Of a DNA stretch of 64,000 nucleotides, positions 1-12,900 are shown in pieces. Made by a program: the position numbers and the translations under genes. How positions within the stretch are numbered: the stretch's first letter is position 1; each line of letters opens with the position of its first letter. The DNA comes from Octopus sinensis (lineage: Eukaryota), in contig NW_021833744.1 in NCBI RefSeq assembly GCF_006345805.1, forward strand, positions 1-64,000, written 5' to 3'. The notes below the pieces were generated by a model. It had not been told where the DNA came from. It saw only the letters and a program-made list of their open reading frames with translations, and did not search any database.

Positions 1-710
1 GAAATGCAATCTTCTTCAACTTTCCCCATCCAAATAATCTGTTGCTCTATTCACAACTGACTGTCATCAGTTTAACTTAGAGCCTAAACTATTTCTAGAC
101 AACATAACACTCCCAGTTGAAAAATCCCCCAAAATCTTGGGTCTGAAATTTGATTTCTGTTTATTTTTCTCGAAACATGTTTCATACATTTGTGAAAAAT
201 CCCAAATAAACTCAATGTGTTTCAAGCTATTGCGGGGACGTCATTTGCGCAGGATAAGTAAAGTCTAATAACTGTATACAAGCAGTTTATCAGAACAACT
301 ATGAACTACGCTGTCCTGCTTGGGGCTTCTGCTTATCCATTGGAAATCTTGAAAAACTTCAGAAAACTGAAAATTCAGCATTACGAATTATTACGGGCTG
401 TTTAAAAACGACACCTACTGACCACTTACATTGGGAATCGAAAATCCTTCCTATCAGAGAATAAACAAGCTTCTGGGAAGCATTCCGCCACGAATAAACA
501 ACAACGAATCCTCCCTCTCGAGAGAAGCTTGAGTGAACTTGGCTCGTCTCCGCTGTGGCCATCATATTGGGCTACGCAATTATCGTCGAAGAATAGGCCT
601 TGCCGAATCCACGCATTCCTACTCTCTCAGTGACCTTTTCTCGTGTCCAGGCCCACCTTCTGCTTCTTCAAAACATTGGATCGCGATCGGGGATCTTTGG
701 GAACGTCTCC
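1..710 (+). mobile_element. Decayed 3' part of a Vingi/ingi-like APE-RT LINE
   Basis: Broken frames read PKILGLKFD, YKQFIRT(T)MNYA, ALRIITGCLKTTPTDHLHWES, LARLRCGHH and DLFSCP. These match the C-terminal half of the better-preserved LINE at 54.2-58.6 kb. Confidence 0.75.
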
Positions 711-2400
711 TGGTCAAATCGGGCGTTACCTACGATTTACGGAGCGATCACAATCCGTTAATTATAAAAGTCCAAGTCAAATTGCCCCTCAGATAAAAGG
801 TTCCTCAACCTGAAATACGACTACAAGCACGCAGATTGGGTCAAATTTGCCTACTACATTGACAAATCATGATTAACTTTGATTTACACGATTTCGACTC
901 TGTCGACAACGCCCTTTAGCATTTCAACCGAACAATTTTGATTGGACAAAAATCATTCTTAAGAATGAGGAAAATTTATCCAAAAACCAGTAAGAAAATT
1001 TCCTTCGAGGATTCTACCTTTAATCGAGGAACGGAACTCATTGAAAGATCGCTTAAATTTTACAAGAATCAACCGGCATCGGATCAGACTACTGAATAAA
1101 GTCATAGAACAGTCTGCAAAGGACAAACGGTACGGGAGGGCTGAAAAGTTCGCCGGAAGACTAAATGCGGAGGTCCCTCTAACAAAAGTATAGGCATCCC
1201 TAAGAAGATTCACAAACCGGGAAAGATTTAAATCGGGTGAGGATAATGCGGCTCTCTTCACCAACAAATTGATAAAGTTCTACACTGGGATCAGCAACAT
1301 CCCCCACATGAAATATGATGGACCATGCTTGAAGTCCTTGAAACCTTAAAGATGTCGGGACATGATAATCCTCACCCATGAGGAGGTGTCTCAGACTATC
1401 AGAAATTTAAGAAGCACTGGCTCTTGTGGACCTGACGGAATTCCTACTATTCTGGTGAAAAACCTAGAACAGGTGGCAATATTAGCTCTTTGTCAAATTT
1501 ACAACTTCTATATAAACAACAACTCAATATCCACATTGTGGAAAATGGCACACATTCGTCCTATTCTGAAACCAGGGAGACCAAAAGACAACCCGGCGTC
1601 CTACAGGCCAATTTCTCTCCTCTGTGTCCTATCCAAAGTTCTGGAAAACTTATACTCAACCATATCAAACAATTTCTCCCGGATTTGTATTTTCAACATG
1701 GATTTAAATGTGGTAAATCAACCACTTCGCACCTTATCACTCTGACGAACTTCATCTCACGTGGCCTATCTGCCAAAATGTATAACCAAAAAACGGTTAT
1801 ATGCTCAGTGGATATCCATAAGGCCTTTGACTCCGTTCCCAGGAAAATATATCTTAGTGAAATTCACCAAAGCTGAAAAAGTGGCTAGCTAATTTCCTCA
1901 GCGCCGAAAAGGCATTATCCACAAAACAATATAAGATCGATGTCATGATATTTTCCAAACGGAGTCCCTCAAGGCTCGCCTTTTTCACCAGCTCTTTTTA
2001 ACTTATTCTTATCGGATCTCCCGCTACCATACGACAAAAACTCAATCGTACTATCATACGCTGAGGATATTGTGATTGCTACTTGGAACGTGAGGTTAAC
2101 ACAGCAAGTTCAAAACTGCAGAAATACCTCCACAATTTCGAAAGTTGGCTTTCGATAAATCGACTATCAACGAGTCCTGAAAAATCAGTCACTACGCTTC
2201 TGACTTCAGCAGGAAGCTTGAGAAAATGGTTGTGAACTTATATCTAAACAACATGGAAATCCCCTTTAAAAAATCCCAGAAAATCCTCGGCGTGACTTAC
2301 GATAGTCATATGTGTTTTTCACAACAAGTCGAAAATGTTACAACTAACTGCATGAAGAAACTGAATATCTTAAAAGTGTTGCTCCGAAAATGCAAACATG
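711..2400 (+). mobile_element. Decayed Vingi/ingi-like LINE (end of APE plus RT domain)
   Basis: Motifs DLRSDHNPLII, GPDGI, SYRPISLLCVLSKVLE, QHGFK, VDIHKAFDSV, NGVPQGS and SYAEDI, with many frameshifts and stops. Confidence 0.8.
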
Positions 2401-2759
2401 GATAAGCTTCCCCATACGCCAATCAAATCTAACCATCAATATAAATTTGAACTATTTATAAGTTTTCCCTATACGGTCCACACCCCAGATATATATCCAT
2501 GCTCCAGTGACGACAAATTGTTAAGAGAATAATAAGCATGTAACCTGCTATCTTCGAGCTTTCATTTTCTGTTATATCCGTCTTTCGAAAGCAACAGATG
2601 AACACCTCATTTTGTTCCGGATCTTTTGCGAGTTGAAGTTTTTTGTACATGTGATTGAGTTGTCTAACGTTAGGGTGTCAATGTAAAAGGCGCTAGCGAT
2701 ATCAAACGTGATAAAGACATTTTATCAACCAACATAACCTGAAACTCTTTATTAAAATA

Positions 2760-5700
2760 TAAAGTTTAGTTATTTGATAGTTTAGGTATAGTGTTACTAA
2801 TTTGGTCATTCCAATCTCTGTCTCTTGTTTCCGCTCTGGGACATATTGGCTCTGGGAGTGCGGGCATCGCTAGTATCGACACACAATGTATCGGTGGTGT
2901 CTTTTCCGACGCTATTGGTAAGCCCAAATTTGTATTCTATGTTCATACTTTGGTAGATTGCTCTGAGAACAACAGACTGTATGTATGATTTAATTTTATC
3001 CGGTAACTTCAGTTTTTGGCAATATTTCGGGTAGAATTTAGTTGTAATTGCATCCCACGTCAAAACAATTGGTACAATTTGTACTTTGGCACTATGTAAC
3101 AGTCCGATCTCACTTGCAAGTAGGTCGTATTTGTGGAGTTTTTCCACTTCCACCTTTTGCAAGTTGTCTTTCGACGTAATTCCTACTTCAATGATTGTTA
3201 TGTTTTTTTTATCATATACAAAAATTTCAGGTTTATTGAATTGTATCTTTGGTTCTGTTTTTATCGTAGTGTCCACTCTGATTTCTACCACATCGTTTGA
3301 TGTGACTGACTTCTTAGCCAGTTTGCAGTGCGGACAATTTACATCTCGTTCTGACCAGAACAGATTTTTATTTTGCAGTAAGGAATATAGACCCTCACTC
3401 CTTGGGCTTATATTGCCCTTCTGCAACACAAAGAAGATTCTTTATTTATTTATTTAGCCGCCAAGACCACGGTAAGAGTCAAACAAAAGTCACGTGATCC
3501 AGATGCACTCGACTAGGGACCTCATATTCGCCCGATGATCTTTCCACGAGCCCACACAAGATCGCACCGGACGGCAGGCCGTTTTTGGCGGAGCATTCGC
3601 TGACGGGCCGAGGTTCAGCTTGATGAGGTCTTCCAGAGAAGCTGGACCGGGGCGTTGGCTATCATGCGACCAACGATCGGTTAATCTGAGGGCCCTTTGT
3701 TGGGCCTCCTCGATTCGCCTCCTGTTGGACCACGATAACCGCGGACCCCATGATCCGCAAACGTAGGCAATACAAGGTTCGAAGTACTGGCGGTAGATAT
3801 TCGCCAGTACCGGGTGCGACCCGTTTTTCCATATTCCGGATAGAGTTCGAAGGAGGTTGTCTGCATGAGGGGAGAAGCAGAGGTGCATGTCGAGGGTTAC
3901 CCCTAGGACCGTCTGACTCCTGTGGAAGGGTACGGACATATTATTCAGCTTTAAGTCGACTGAAGTCCTTCCCAATCTTTTGTCCGAAGTGAAGAGGGAC
4001 GTGGCGGACTTCGCCGCGTTTACCACGAGCCAGTTGTTCGTCAGCCATAGGTTCAGCCGATCCAAGTTAGCTTCGTTAGGTAGAAGACGAGATTTGGACT
4101 TCAGACCACCGAGGCACACCCTTCCCCTTCGTTCACTTAGGAAGTTGGTAATCCATATTTTTAGCTTCAGAGGAAATTCGGATTGGAATATCTTCATTGA
4201 GTGGAGCTTCCTCGAGACGGAGTCGAAGGCTTTATGTATGTCGACGGAGCAGAGCACGGTCTTTTGGTGCCTCGGTTTGCTGGCAAAACTGGTACAGGTG
4301 AATTTTGATAAGGATTGAAGGTACGAAGACGTGGACTTTGCCTTCTTTAATATCGGAATGAATGTTTTTGTTGCATTTGTAAAGTGATGAATGTAAACTT
4401 TTCGTTTCGATTATATCAAGAAGGTATTTGAGTTGAATTTCCTTTAAATTTTTTATGTTGATTTCATTGTTATATTTGGTGTATTTATGCTTTAAGTAGT
4501 CTGCGATGGTGACCAAATCGATTTGCATTAAATTTTCAGTCCGCAGAATACCAGCATTTCTCAGACAGCCTACCGATTTTCCAGTAACATTCTTTCGCTC
4601 TTCATCTATATTGATTCCAATCCTCTTCCAAGGTATGTACGAGGGAGATATAGCCTCTGACAATTTGCAGGTCTCAAATGTATGTGATATGAATTTAGTT
4701 GTAGATGAATTTCTCTATCAATAACTTCAAACTCATCAGATTCTATGTCTATCAATCCAATGTAATAATTGTAAAGGGACAAAGCGTGCTCGTTCAAGGC
4801 TTTAAAGAGATTAACAGCATTCAGTTTTGTGCTTGTTAGTCTCTTTATACGTGCTTTGATCTCTGCACTTATTTTTTCCATCATCTCATTCTTCATGATT
4901 TTATTTGACTTGTTCTCCAAGACTCCCAAATATTGGTATCCGTCAATTCCGTCCAGTATAGTCTCTTTATTAGCAAGAGTTGTACAATTGGTGGCAGATT
5001 TTTCTAAATTTTCTTCAAGGCCAATATCAGCAAAAAACATGTCAATGTCATTTATCATTCCGCCAAAATTTTTAGGTCATCAACGAATAATAGGTGGTTT
5101 GTTAAATATATTTCCGATTCTCCTTTGGGTTCATGGATACTCAATCTGGGATACTTTGCAGAGAGAAATCGGCTCAATGGGTCCATTACAAGCGTAAATA
5201 ACTGTAGAGATAAAGCATCTCCCTGTAGGATCCCGGACTTTATTCGAATTTCTCCGATTATTTTTTGTCCAGGTTGAGCTTCAGCTTCCACTGGATCAAA
5301 ATCACTTTTACGAACCTGGTGATCCAAGTTGGTAGCCCGGAGCAGTCCAAGATCATATAAAGAAAGTTATGATCCACACTATCAAATGCTTTCTTCACAT
5401 CTATCCAGAAAGTAAACAGATTGTTTCTGTAAGCCAGTGCTAATCAAGACCTGTTCTTTGGCTCTATGACATTTTCTTTTACATAAGTTGATTATCCGAA
5501 ACAAGCGAATAATATTCCAAATAATCTGTTAATTTCATGTTTACGCATTTGCGGGTCTGAGGTCTTTTGGCAAATTCGAGTTAGGCTTCTTTGGGATGAG
5601 ATAAGTAATCCCAGTGTAAAACCAATTGTTCGGTATGTACTCTCCTTTACAAATTTTTAAGATTTCAGTATAGATATACGGATGTAAAGATTCGAAATGT

Positions 5701-6440
5701 TTAATGAAAAAATTATACATCCCGTCGCAGCCACAGGATTTCTCCCTTTTTTTATTTTTTGTAGCTCAACGAATTGAAAATATCATAGGTGATCTTCTTC
5801 TCATCATCTGTAATTCGAAGTTCAAAGTGCTTTCGAACAAGTTCCAATTTTTTCTTCCAGTCGTTGATTGGCCTGACATTTTTTGTCATTTCTTGATAGG
5901 CACATTGTCCCGCGTATATTACTGTTGAGATTTGATTAATAGATAGTGAAGAGAATGTTTGACAATATTTTTTAATCGGCAAATTTAGTCCATCAATTAA
6001 GTCCTTTTTGACTTTGATGATTGATATTTTCCTTGTAGGCGGCCTTGAGTCATTAGAATTTCATCATATCTTTTAAGTTGGATAAAAAAACTCGTTTTCA
6101 CATTCTCTAAGGAAAGTTAAGGAATTACCATTATTTTCCGTAGTCTGCTTTTCAGTGTATGCTTTTGAAAGACTGAGTAGGTTAGCAATAGATTTATTCT
6201 GCCAGAATTTAGCCGAAAATGCATCTCGTATAGCGTTCCATCCCCCTCTGGGCACACGGTTCATGGGCGTTTTATTGACTGAACGACGGAATATACCCAC
6301 TCTCCACGATCTCCGTCCATAATGGCACGGAGAACAGAGATTTTAAGTGACTCAGAATGATGAAGATTGATCTTTATGTTAAAATGCCCCCGGCCCGACT
6401 GGCCTATCCCTCTTTCCGTAATTATAGTTGTTTCTCCGAT
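2760..6440 (-). mobile_element. Decayed R4/NeSL-like RLE non-LTR retrotransposon, interrupted by a LINE fragment
   Basis: GILQGDALS, NHLLFVDDLK, YQYLGVLE and RLYLPRTYLGRGL, then CPHC and the RLE motif KPEIFVYDKK..IIEVGITS..EKLHKYDLL. Homologous to 32764-36309. Confidence 0.85.
3445..4342 (-). mobile_element. 5'-truncated Vingi-like LINE fragment inserted into the R4-like element
   Basis: RT motifs (VDIHKAFDSV, LGVTLD). (TAAA)n tail at about 3445-3455. A 7-bp duplication ttcttta (3438-3444 and 4343-4349) splits the host motif SDIKE|SS. Confidence 0.75.
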
Positions 6441-6449
6441 AGGTGGGCC

Positions 6450-6932
6450 CATAGGTAGAGTAATCGATATATGTTTTGAATCTGACATTTGGCACCACAA
6501 GATCAATTCAGTACACACGTTAACCAAACATAGAAAAATATTTTGGAGTATTTTTTCATTGCGGTTGACATTCAGACATTTTGGCAAGCCTCATTTCACT
6601 TCCTGACTAATAACAGTATGTTTTTATTGTTTTATGCCAAAAAGATAATCTTTTTGGAGAGAAGAAGAATAAATTCATAAATGTCAAATCAAAAGAGATT
6701 AGCTTTCGCAGACAAATTGAAGAGATCGTAGTCGACAAATCGCCTTTTTTTCCGATAATTTCTAGAGTCGCGATTCTATTGATGAAAGAAGGGAATGGAG
6801 TTAGGTAGAGATACCGAAAAGTCAACTACAAATATAATAGTTATGGACAAAATTAAGAGATATAGGAAAGTCCAGGGTAATTATTTCAATAGAGAAGTTA
6901 GCAAATACAGAAAAATAAAAAAGATTTTGTAA
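6450..6932 (+). pseudogene. 3' portion of an unidentified intron-containing host gene, 5' end lost or displaced at the R4-like element
   Basis: Three plausible GT-AG mini-introns (23, 29 and 22 nt) give an open frame ...ICFESDIWHHKINS/KNILEYFFIAVDIQTFWQASFHFLTNN/NNLFGEKKNKF...KYRKIKKIL*. No family recognised. Confidence 0.4.
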
Positions 6933-7472
6933 ACTCCAAATACACGGTCCTTCTGTAAAATATAATTGTTCGGAAATATATCAGAATTATGAATCAATTT
7001 AAATATTAAAAATGTTGAGAATTACTGACGATGGTGAGATATGATTAAGTAAGATTATGTCAATTTGCATATTTTCAGATAAGGTTGTCAAAGATTATAT
7101 TAAGTAAATAACCATCAGGGAAATATATCAAGCTGTGGGACTATATCACTTATTTAGTAGATTTCATCGTCTTGTTTATTCTTCAGTCTTAATCGCTGTT
7201 CCTCTCCTCTTTTTCTTACAATAAAAATTTTTCGTTTTTTAGATTTCTTGCAAATGAAAATTGCTCTTTCAGGGGTGGGAAGTCTGGCACACAATTGGCG
7301 GAACTTGGTCTCTTGGAAAAACGCAAGCACAAGAGAGTCACAGTACAAAAATATAATTTCAAAATTATTTAATTCTATTTCTTAATATTATTATTTTTGT
7401 CGGATTAGTGACTTATTGTGGTTAACCTTTTTTAATTTATTAACAATAGTATTGCGCCAATATTTTGTTGTT

Positions 7473-8858
7473 ATGTGTGCCGCTTCAACGAACAAACTAA
7501 AAGTGAGATATTCTATCACAGTTAGGTATACTGTCGACTCCGAGGTCTATCAAACACGGATATATTATCAAATTACACAACAGACGGGAAGGCTATAACA
7601 TGGGAAGAGAGAGAAGGCAAATCAAGGACATCTTACCACTTTGACGCTGTATACGACCGAGAATGCCCTCAACAAGAACTTTTTGAAAAATGTTGTCTCC
7701 CTTTAGTGAGAAGCTATTTTCTGGAGTGGACAGTGTATTCATGGTCTACGGAGTGACTGGATCTGGGAAGACACACACAATGATTGGGGACAAAAACAAG
7801 GGAGGTGTACTCCCAAATTCTCTCAAATACATCTTCGACTGTCCAAAGACCCAGGAAGTGAGTATATCTTACATAGAAATCTACAATAATCTCATTTATG
7901 ACCTACTGGACGAAGAGTAAGTGTATTTCTTTATCCTTAGACATATAGTCTCCAAGAATATACGTGAAGATAAATCCCGACGGTGTTATGTACAGAATGT
8001 GGTAGAGAAAAGAGTAGCCGACTACTCCCAGACGATGGACGTGTTGGCCCAGGGTTAGTAATCCTTTCCAATGGCAGGCAATAAACGACGGAGGGTGTGT
8101 TCGACTGCCCTAAATACCTCATCTTCCGAAGTCATGCAATATTCACTGTCAAATTGAATGGAGTATTTATTTTTATATATTTATAGGGCACTGAGTTGTC
8201 TTTTGTGGACTTGGCTGGGAGTGAGAGAGCAGCACGAACTAATAATCAGGGTGCTACACTCCGTGAGGCAGGTCCTCTCTTTTTTACACGAAAGGCTCTA
8301 TCAATAACTCCCTAATGGCACTTCGGCATTGTATTGAGTATATAAAAGACAATCCTACTGACCTTACTATGCTTCCCTACAGAAATTCAAAATTGACTAC
8401 TCTTTTTAAGTCGTATTTCCACGGGGTAGGCCATATGGCTATTATTGTGTGTTGTAAACCTTCTGTTCCTGACTATGAGGAGAATATGGTAGTTTATTGT
8501 GATTATTTCAGAAAGTTATGCAGTTTGCACAGACTGCTACACAAGTCAAATTGGTGGCTCCCAGAGTTTATAATTGTTGCAGTATTCTCTCTTGTTTTTA
8601 ATTGTAGAAATTGCTCAGTTGAATATTCCTGTGACAGTCACACATTTTGACACTGTTTGTGACGTCGGAAAATTTTGTGTACTTCTTCAAGACGTTATTG
8701 AACGGGCAGAGGCTATTTTTGACTCTTCTCGTATTCCTTCTACGAGTAAGGCAACTCCTGGAGCTCTGCTTTCAAAGACACCAGTAAAAATGACCCGTCT
8801 TAGGTCTCCTAAAAAGTTTATGACGCCGGCACCAAAAAGATTCCATTTTATTCCTTAA
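7473..8858 (+). CDS. KIF23: Kinesin-6 (KIF23/MKLP1/Pavarotti-like), miniaturised, about 400 aa, 7 mini-introns
   Basis: Spliced product has KVYCRLR, YGVTGSGKTHTM, SYIEIYNNLIYDLL, VDLAGSER, LREAGSINNSLMALRHC and PYRNSKLTTLFKSYFHGVG..DYEENMKVMQFA. Introns are 23-26 nt GT-AG, the first at 7503-7525. One base is missing in SSRSH at about 8126 (likely sequencing error). Confidence 0.85.
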
Positions 8859-9169
8859 CTTTTTATCTGTTTGTTTTTAAGCTATTAACGCCTTTATTTC
8901 ATAGTCTGTCCATGTTAAGACACTTTTTGGTAGTGTCGCCCTCTTAGGAGTAGTTAGGCATAGAATTAATGTCAAATTTGAAAGTCTCTCAACTAAAAGA
9001 TTTTTTAACTTTTGGATGGAAAACTTTTATTTGGAATGGTATGAGATTAACGCACTTATGAGATTATATCCAGTTAATTTTCTATAAGGAGTAATTTTGT
9101 CGAAAATGTATCCGATAAAATTTAAAAATTTTTTAGTTAATAATTTTCCTAACATGAGTAACAAAAGGG

Positions 9170-9408
9170 TGTAGATGGCGCTGTGCAACCGCTATCAATG
9201 AAAAATAACATGCTATCAAAGAAAAATACACGAAATCGGTTATGCAGATGACGTGGACTTTATATCCAAATACCTCACTGATATAGAAGCCCTCACTGAT
9301 ATGATGAGAAATGCACCAGATAAATTGGGGGAATGGTTCCTTTTTGTCAATAAGGCCAAAAAGGAAATCACCGAAATCAAAAGAATGGACAATATCCTTA
9401 ATGTATCC
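9170..9408 (+). mobile_element. RT fragment of a non-LTR retrotransposon (RTE-like)
   Basis: EIGYADDVDFI..LGEWFLFVNKAKKE, i.e. the YADD region. Confidence 0.55.
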
Positions 9409-9869
9409 TTAGTTTTGAAAAATTATTTCTTATATTTGGCAAACCATCTGTTTTTTGGCGGTAAATTGACGTCTTTTGGGCATATTATACGCAAAAATGT
9501 TACAAGGGCGTTGATTGCGGCAACACGGACGGTCGAATCAACGTCGAAAAAGCAGTTTATAAACATTTTAATCATTTCAAATGGCTTTATCCCAGAACTG
9601 ATGTGAGTTTCTGTCAAAAGGGTGATGGCGTTGATTCTGAGTGATGGTTTTTTGTTGTGAATGTACTAAAATGGTGTTTTGAGTGTGAACTTGGAAAGCA
9701 GGTGATATAATGAGCTCGATTTGGTCAAAGTCGGGTTTTTTCTTTGCTATTTTTATGAGGGCTGGGATGTCATTTGGTGCTTGAAATATTTATAAAAATG
9801 TTTTATACATATTTTTGTCGTTTTTAAATCGATTAGATCTTTCAGATCTGCAGTAATATTTGTATTCAT
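9409..9869 (-). pseudogene. 5' fragment of a HEAT-repeat gene (INTS4-like), truncated at a LINE fragment
   Basis: ATG at 9869. GT-AG introns of 29, 25 and 31 nt give MNTNITADLK...YIHNKKPSLRINAITLL...FFDVDSTVRVAAINALTSIYRQ, resembling the INTS4 HEAT motif FSDQDPRVRTAAIKAM. The frame stops at the retroelement junction. Confidence 0.5.
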
Positions 9870-9927
9870 GGTTAATAGGTAAAATTATATGCAGGGATCA
9901 CGTTCAATATAAGGGTTCTATTATTTA

Positions 9928-11464
9928 CTAGCTCGGCAGCTCGCTTCGCTCACCGCGACCTAGCTCCTGCGGAGGGCCTGTTTCATCAAACAACTATAAG
10001 TTTATGTAGATGTATAAAATAAATTCTAGCTTTACGAAAAACTTAACTAAATAGTTAATATTTTTACGCAAATTCTTCTGATTGCGCTGTCAATTGGTGG
10101 TAAATTGTGTTAATGATTGTGCTAATGTGGTTTCAACTATCAAAGTGTTTTTCAAAATCTGTTGATTGCACACTCAATTCAAGGTCGTGCGTCAATTGGT
10201 GGTAAATTGTGTTAATGATTGTGCTAATGTGGTTTCAACTATCAAAGTGGTTTTTCAAAATCTGTTAATTGCACACTCTATTCAAAGTCGTGCAATCTGT
10301 AATTGCACATTCTGTCAAAGTCAAATATGATAATAGCTTTAATTTTGATTCATGGTCGTTAATGATATATGCATTTAATTTTAAAGAGAAAAACATAGGA
10401 TGAATTGAATTTCTTTATCGCGAATAATTGGGAGTTCATCATTGTTAATATTCTCGCTATCGTTTTCATCAAGGATATTCTTAATACGTGAGATTTTTGC
10501 CTGGAAGGTTTAAATGGACCTCATCATGAATATTGAGGACATTCGCGTTGTTCATTTTAATCAAAATGCAGAAAATAATTTTTTGATTTTTTGGGGGGAG
10601 GTTTTAAGGACCTCATCATGTAAGTCGAGGACATCGTAGTTGTTCATTTTAACCAAAATGCAGAAAAATTTTTTTTAATTTTTTTTTGGGGGGAAGGTTT
10701 TAAGGACCTCATCATGTAAGTCGAGACATCGTATTTTTCATTTTAACCAAAATGCAGAAAATTTTTTTAATTTTTTTGGGGGAAGTTTTAAGGACCTCAT
10801 CATGTAAGTCGGGACATCGTAGTTGTTCATTTTAACCAAAATGCAGAAAATTTTTTTTTAATTTTTTTGGGGGGAAGGTTCAAGGACCACATCATGTAAG
10901 TCGAGGACATCGTAGTTGTTCATTTTAACCAAAATGCAGAAAAATTTTTTTTAATTTTTTTGGGGGGAGGTTTTAAGGACTCATCATGTAAGTCGAGGAC
11001 ATCGTAGTTGTTCATTTTAACCAAAATGCAGAAAATTTTTTTTTTATTTTTTTGGGGGGAAGGTTTTAAGGACTTGATCATGTAGTCGAGGACATCGTAG
11101 TTGTTCATTTTAACCAAAATGCAGAATTTTTTTTTAATTTTTTGGGGGGAAGTTTTAAGGACTTGATCATGTAAGTCGAGGACATCGTAGTTGTTCATTT
11201 TAACCAAAATGCAGAAAATTTTTTTTTAATTTTTTTGGGGGGAAGGTTTCAAGGACCACATCATGTAAGTCGAGGACATTGTAGTTGTTCATTTTAACCA
11301 AAATGCAGAAAATTTTTTTTAATTTTTTTGGGGGGAAGGTTTTAAGGACCTCATCATGTAAGTCGAGGACATCGTATTGCCAATTTGAAGTTGGTGTGCA
11401 CACACAGACAGACAGACACACAGACAGACAGACAGACACACACCATACCATTTTATTATTAAGA
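9928..11464 (-). mobile_element. Non-autonomous Helitron-like element
   Basis: On the minus strand it starts A^TC-ttaataataaaa followed by a (GTCT)n microsatellite. It ends with a GC-rich hairpin containing GCGAAGC, then CTAG^T. Inserted in an AT dinucleotide with no TSD. Confidence 0.75.
10495..11375. repeat. About 91-bp minisatellite, about 9.5 copies, inside the Helitron
   Basis: Unit tcatcatgtaagtcgaggacatcgtagttgttcattttaaccaaaatgcagaaaa(t)n aa(t)n(g)n aaggttttaaggacc repeated head to tail. A separate ~103-bp duplication lies at 10089-10293. Confidence 0.95.
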
Positions 11465-11859
11465 TTTAAAAATAATATAATTTTTAAAATATTTGAATTA
11501 TTAAAATAAATTTGAATAATTTTGATGCGTATTTTTTAGTTAATAATTTTCCTAACATGAGTAACAAAAGAACAGAAAAAGCAAATATTTTTACGTTGAT
11601 TTAAGGAAAAAAAGAATTACTGATTCGAAATTAATTGAAGGATGTTTTATAGAAAAGTAAGCAAGAACAATAATATTAGGCTGGTGAACGAGACTAATGA
11701 CCGGAGGGGACGAGCTGTTTCTCGATCTCAATTCTCCGCGGGAACTGCCTTTCAATTCGGAGCGTATCTTTTGCCGGACTGACCCTCAAGTCTTGACACT
11801 AGTTATTTCCTTTTCTTTTCATTAAATAAACTAATTCTTCAAAAAATAATATTAGTGGA

Positions 11860-12440
11860 TACGGATATGATGATGCCTTTTTTAAAAACCACAACCACAG
11901 TAAAAAAGAATAAATTAATCATCGGATCTCAATGCACTTCACAAGCGACCTTATCTTCGCTCGGGAATCTTTCTACGAGCACACACCAATCGTACTTAGT
12001 GGCTAGTCGATTTTTGAAAAGCATAGACAGGAAATCTACATATTCTAGAAGAGCCGGCCTGGAATGTTTATTTCCATATTACCGTTTAGTTAATTTCCAC
12101 GCCCTTAAATAAGCTTTCTCGATTTTCCTCCTGTTTTTCTACGATAAAAGCGATCCTCATAAGAAAAGCATAGTTCAACGTATTGACAATATCTGACTTT
12201 TGTTGAAAGGTATGAATATATTGTTCGACTTTAAAGCAACTGTCTTCATTCCCAATCTTTTATCAGATGCGAAAAGTAACGTAGATGATTTTGCAGCATT
12301 CACAACAAACCGATCATCAATTACCTAGGCATTGAGCCGATCCAAGTTAAATTGGAGTCTTTTAGTGGCCTTCTAGAGTAAAATTTCATCAGCATAAGAC
12401 AGTACTTCAGAGGATTGGTTCTACACTGGGATACTTACCT
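11860..12440 (-). mobile_element. Highly decayed Vingi-like LINE fragment
   Basis: LSYADEI and NLDRLNA..VNAAKSS resemble the 3445-4342 element. Confidence 0.5.
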
Positions 12441-12459
12441 TATACCAAAAAAATATTGT

Positions 12460-12900
12460 TTATCCACGAAAGATTCACGTCCGATTACATGCATTGACAA
12501 CATTACAAATTAGCAATGAAACACGTCAAGAAGAAATTAATGGTTTTCTTTGGCGTCTATCAAATTATCTCAACTGGAAGTAGAAGAATGTGCCAGGAAG
12601 CGAAAAATTGGCATCACTATATTAATCGAGAATCCGAAAACTGTTTATATTTTACTTGGATTAATACATGTTTCATGTAATTGATTCTTAACAAGTATGA
12701 AATCGGGACAATAAAGATATCAACGAATTATCAAAAGAACTAATTGTCGTCTCAACTCTTTGCTTGGGTTATGAACCTGTTTAGTATTAACTCAACAATT
12801 TATGAAAGTGCCTACCAGACTCATCAATGATTATTTATGCCACGATTGATGACCTAAAAATGATATAAGATATTAATAAATCAGCTAAAAAAACGTCTAC
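12460..12900 (+). mobile_element. Highly decayed R4-like RT fragment
   Basis: KDSRPITCI..QLEVEECARKRK resembles the DLRPITCM..QLGTRRMCQGAKEQ region of 32764-36309. Confidence 0.45.

Noticed and set aside
2456-2740. Small minus-strand gene
   Set aside because: No consistent spliced frame or recognisable motif.
7154-7348. 64-aa basic ORF divergent from the kinesin
   Set aside because: No ATG start, no recognisable motif and no paralog to support it.
8120-8132. Programmed frameshift or RNA editing in the kinesin SSRSH motif
   Set aside because: One missing C in a short C-run is more simply a consensus indel error. Similar homopolymer slips occur in copy A2 and the R4-like element.
10495-11375. 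CRISPR-like array or repeat-protein ORFs (10920-11451)
   Set aside because: Units are contiguous with no unique spacers, there are no cas genes and the context is eukaryotic. The ORFs shift frame at homopolymers.
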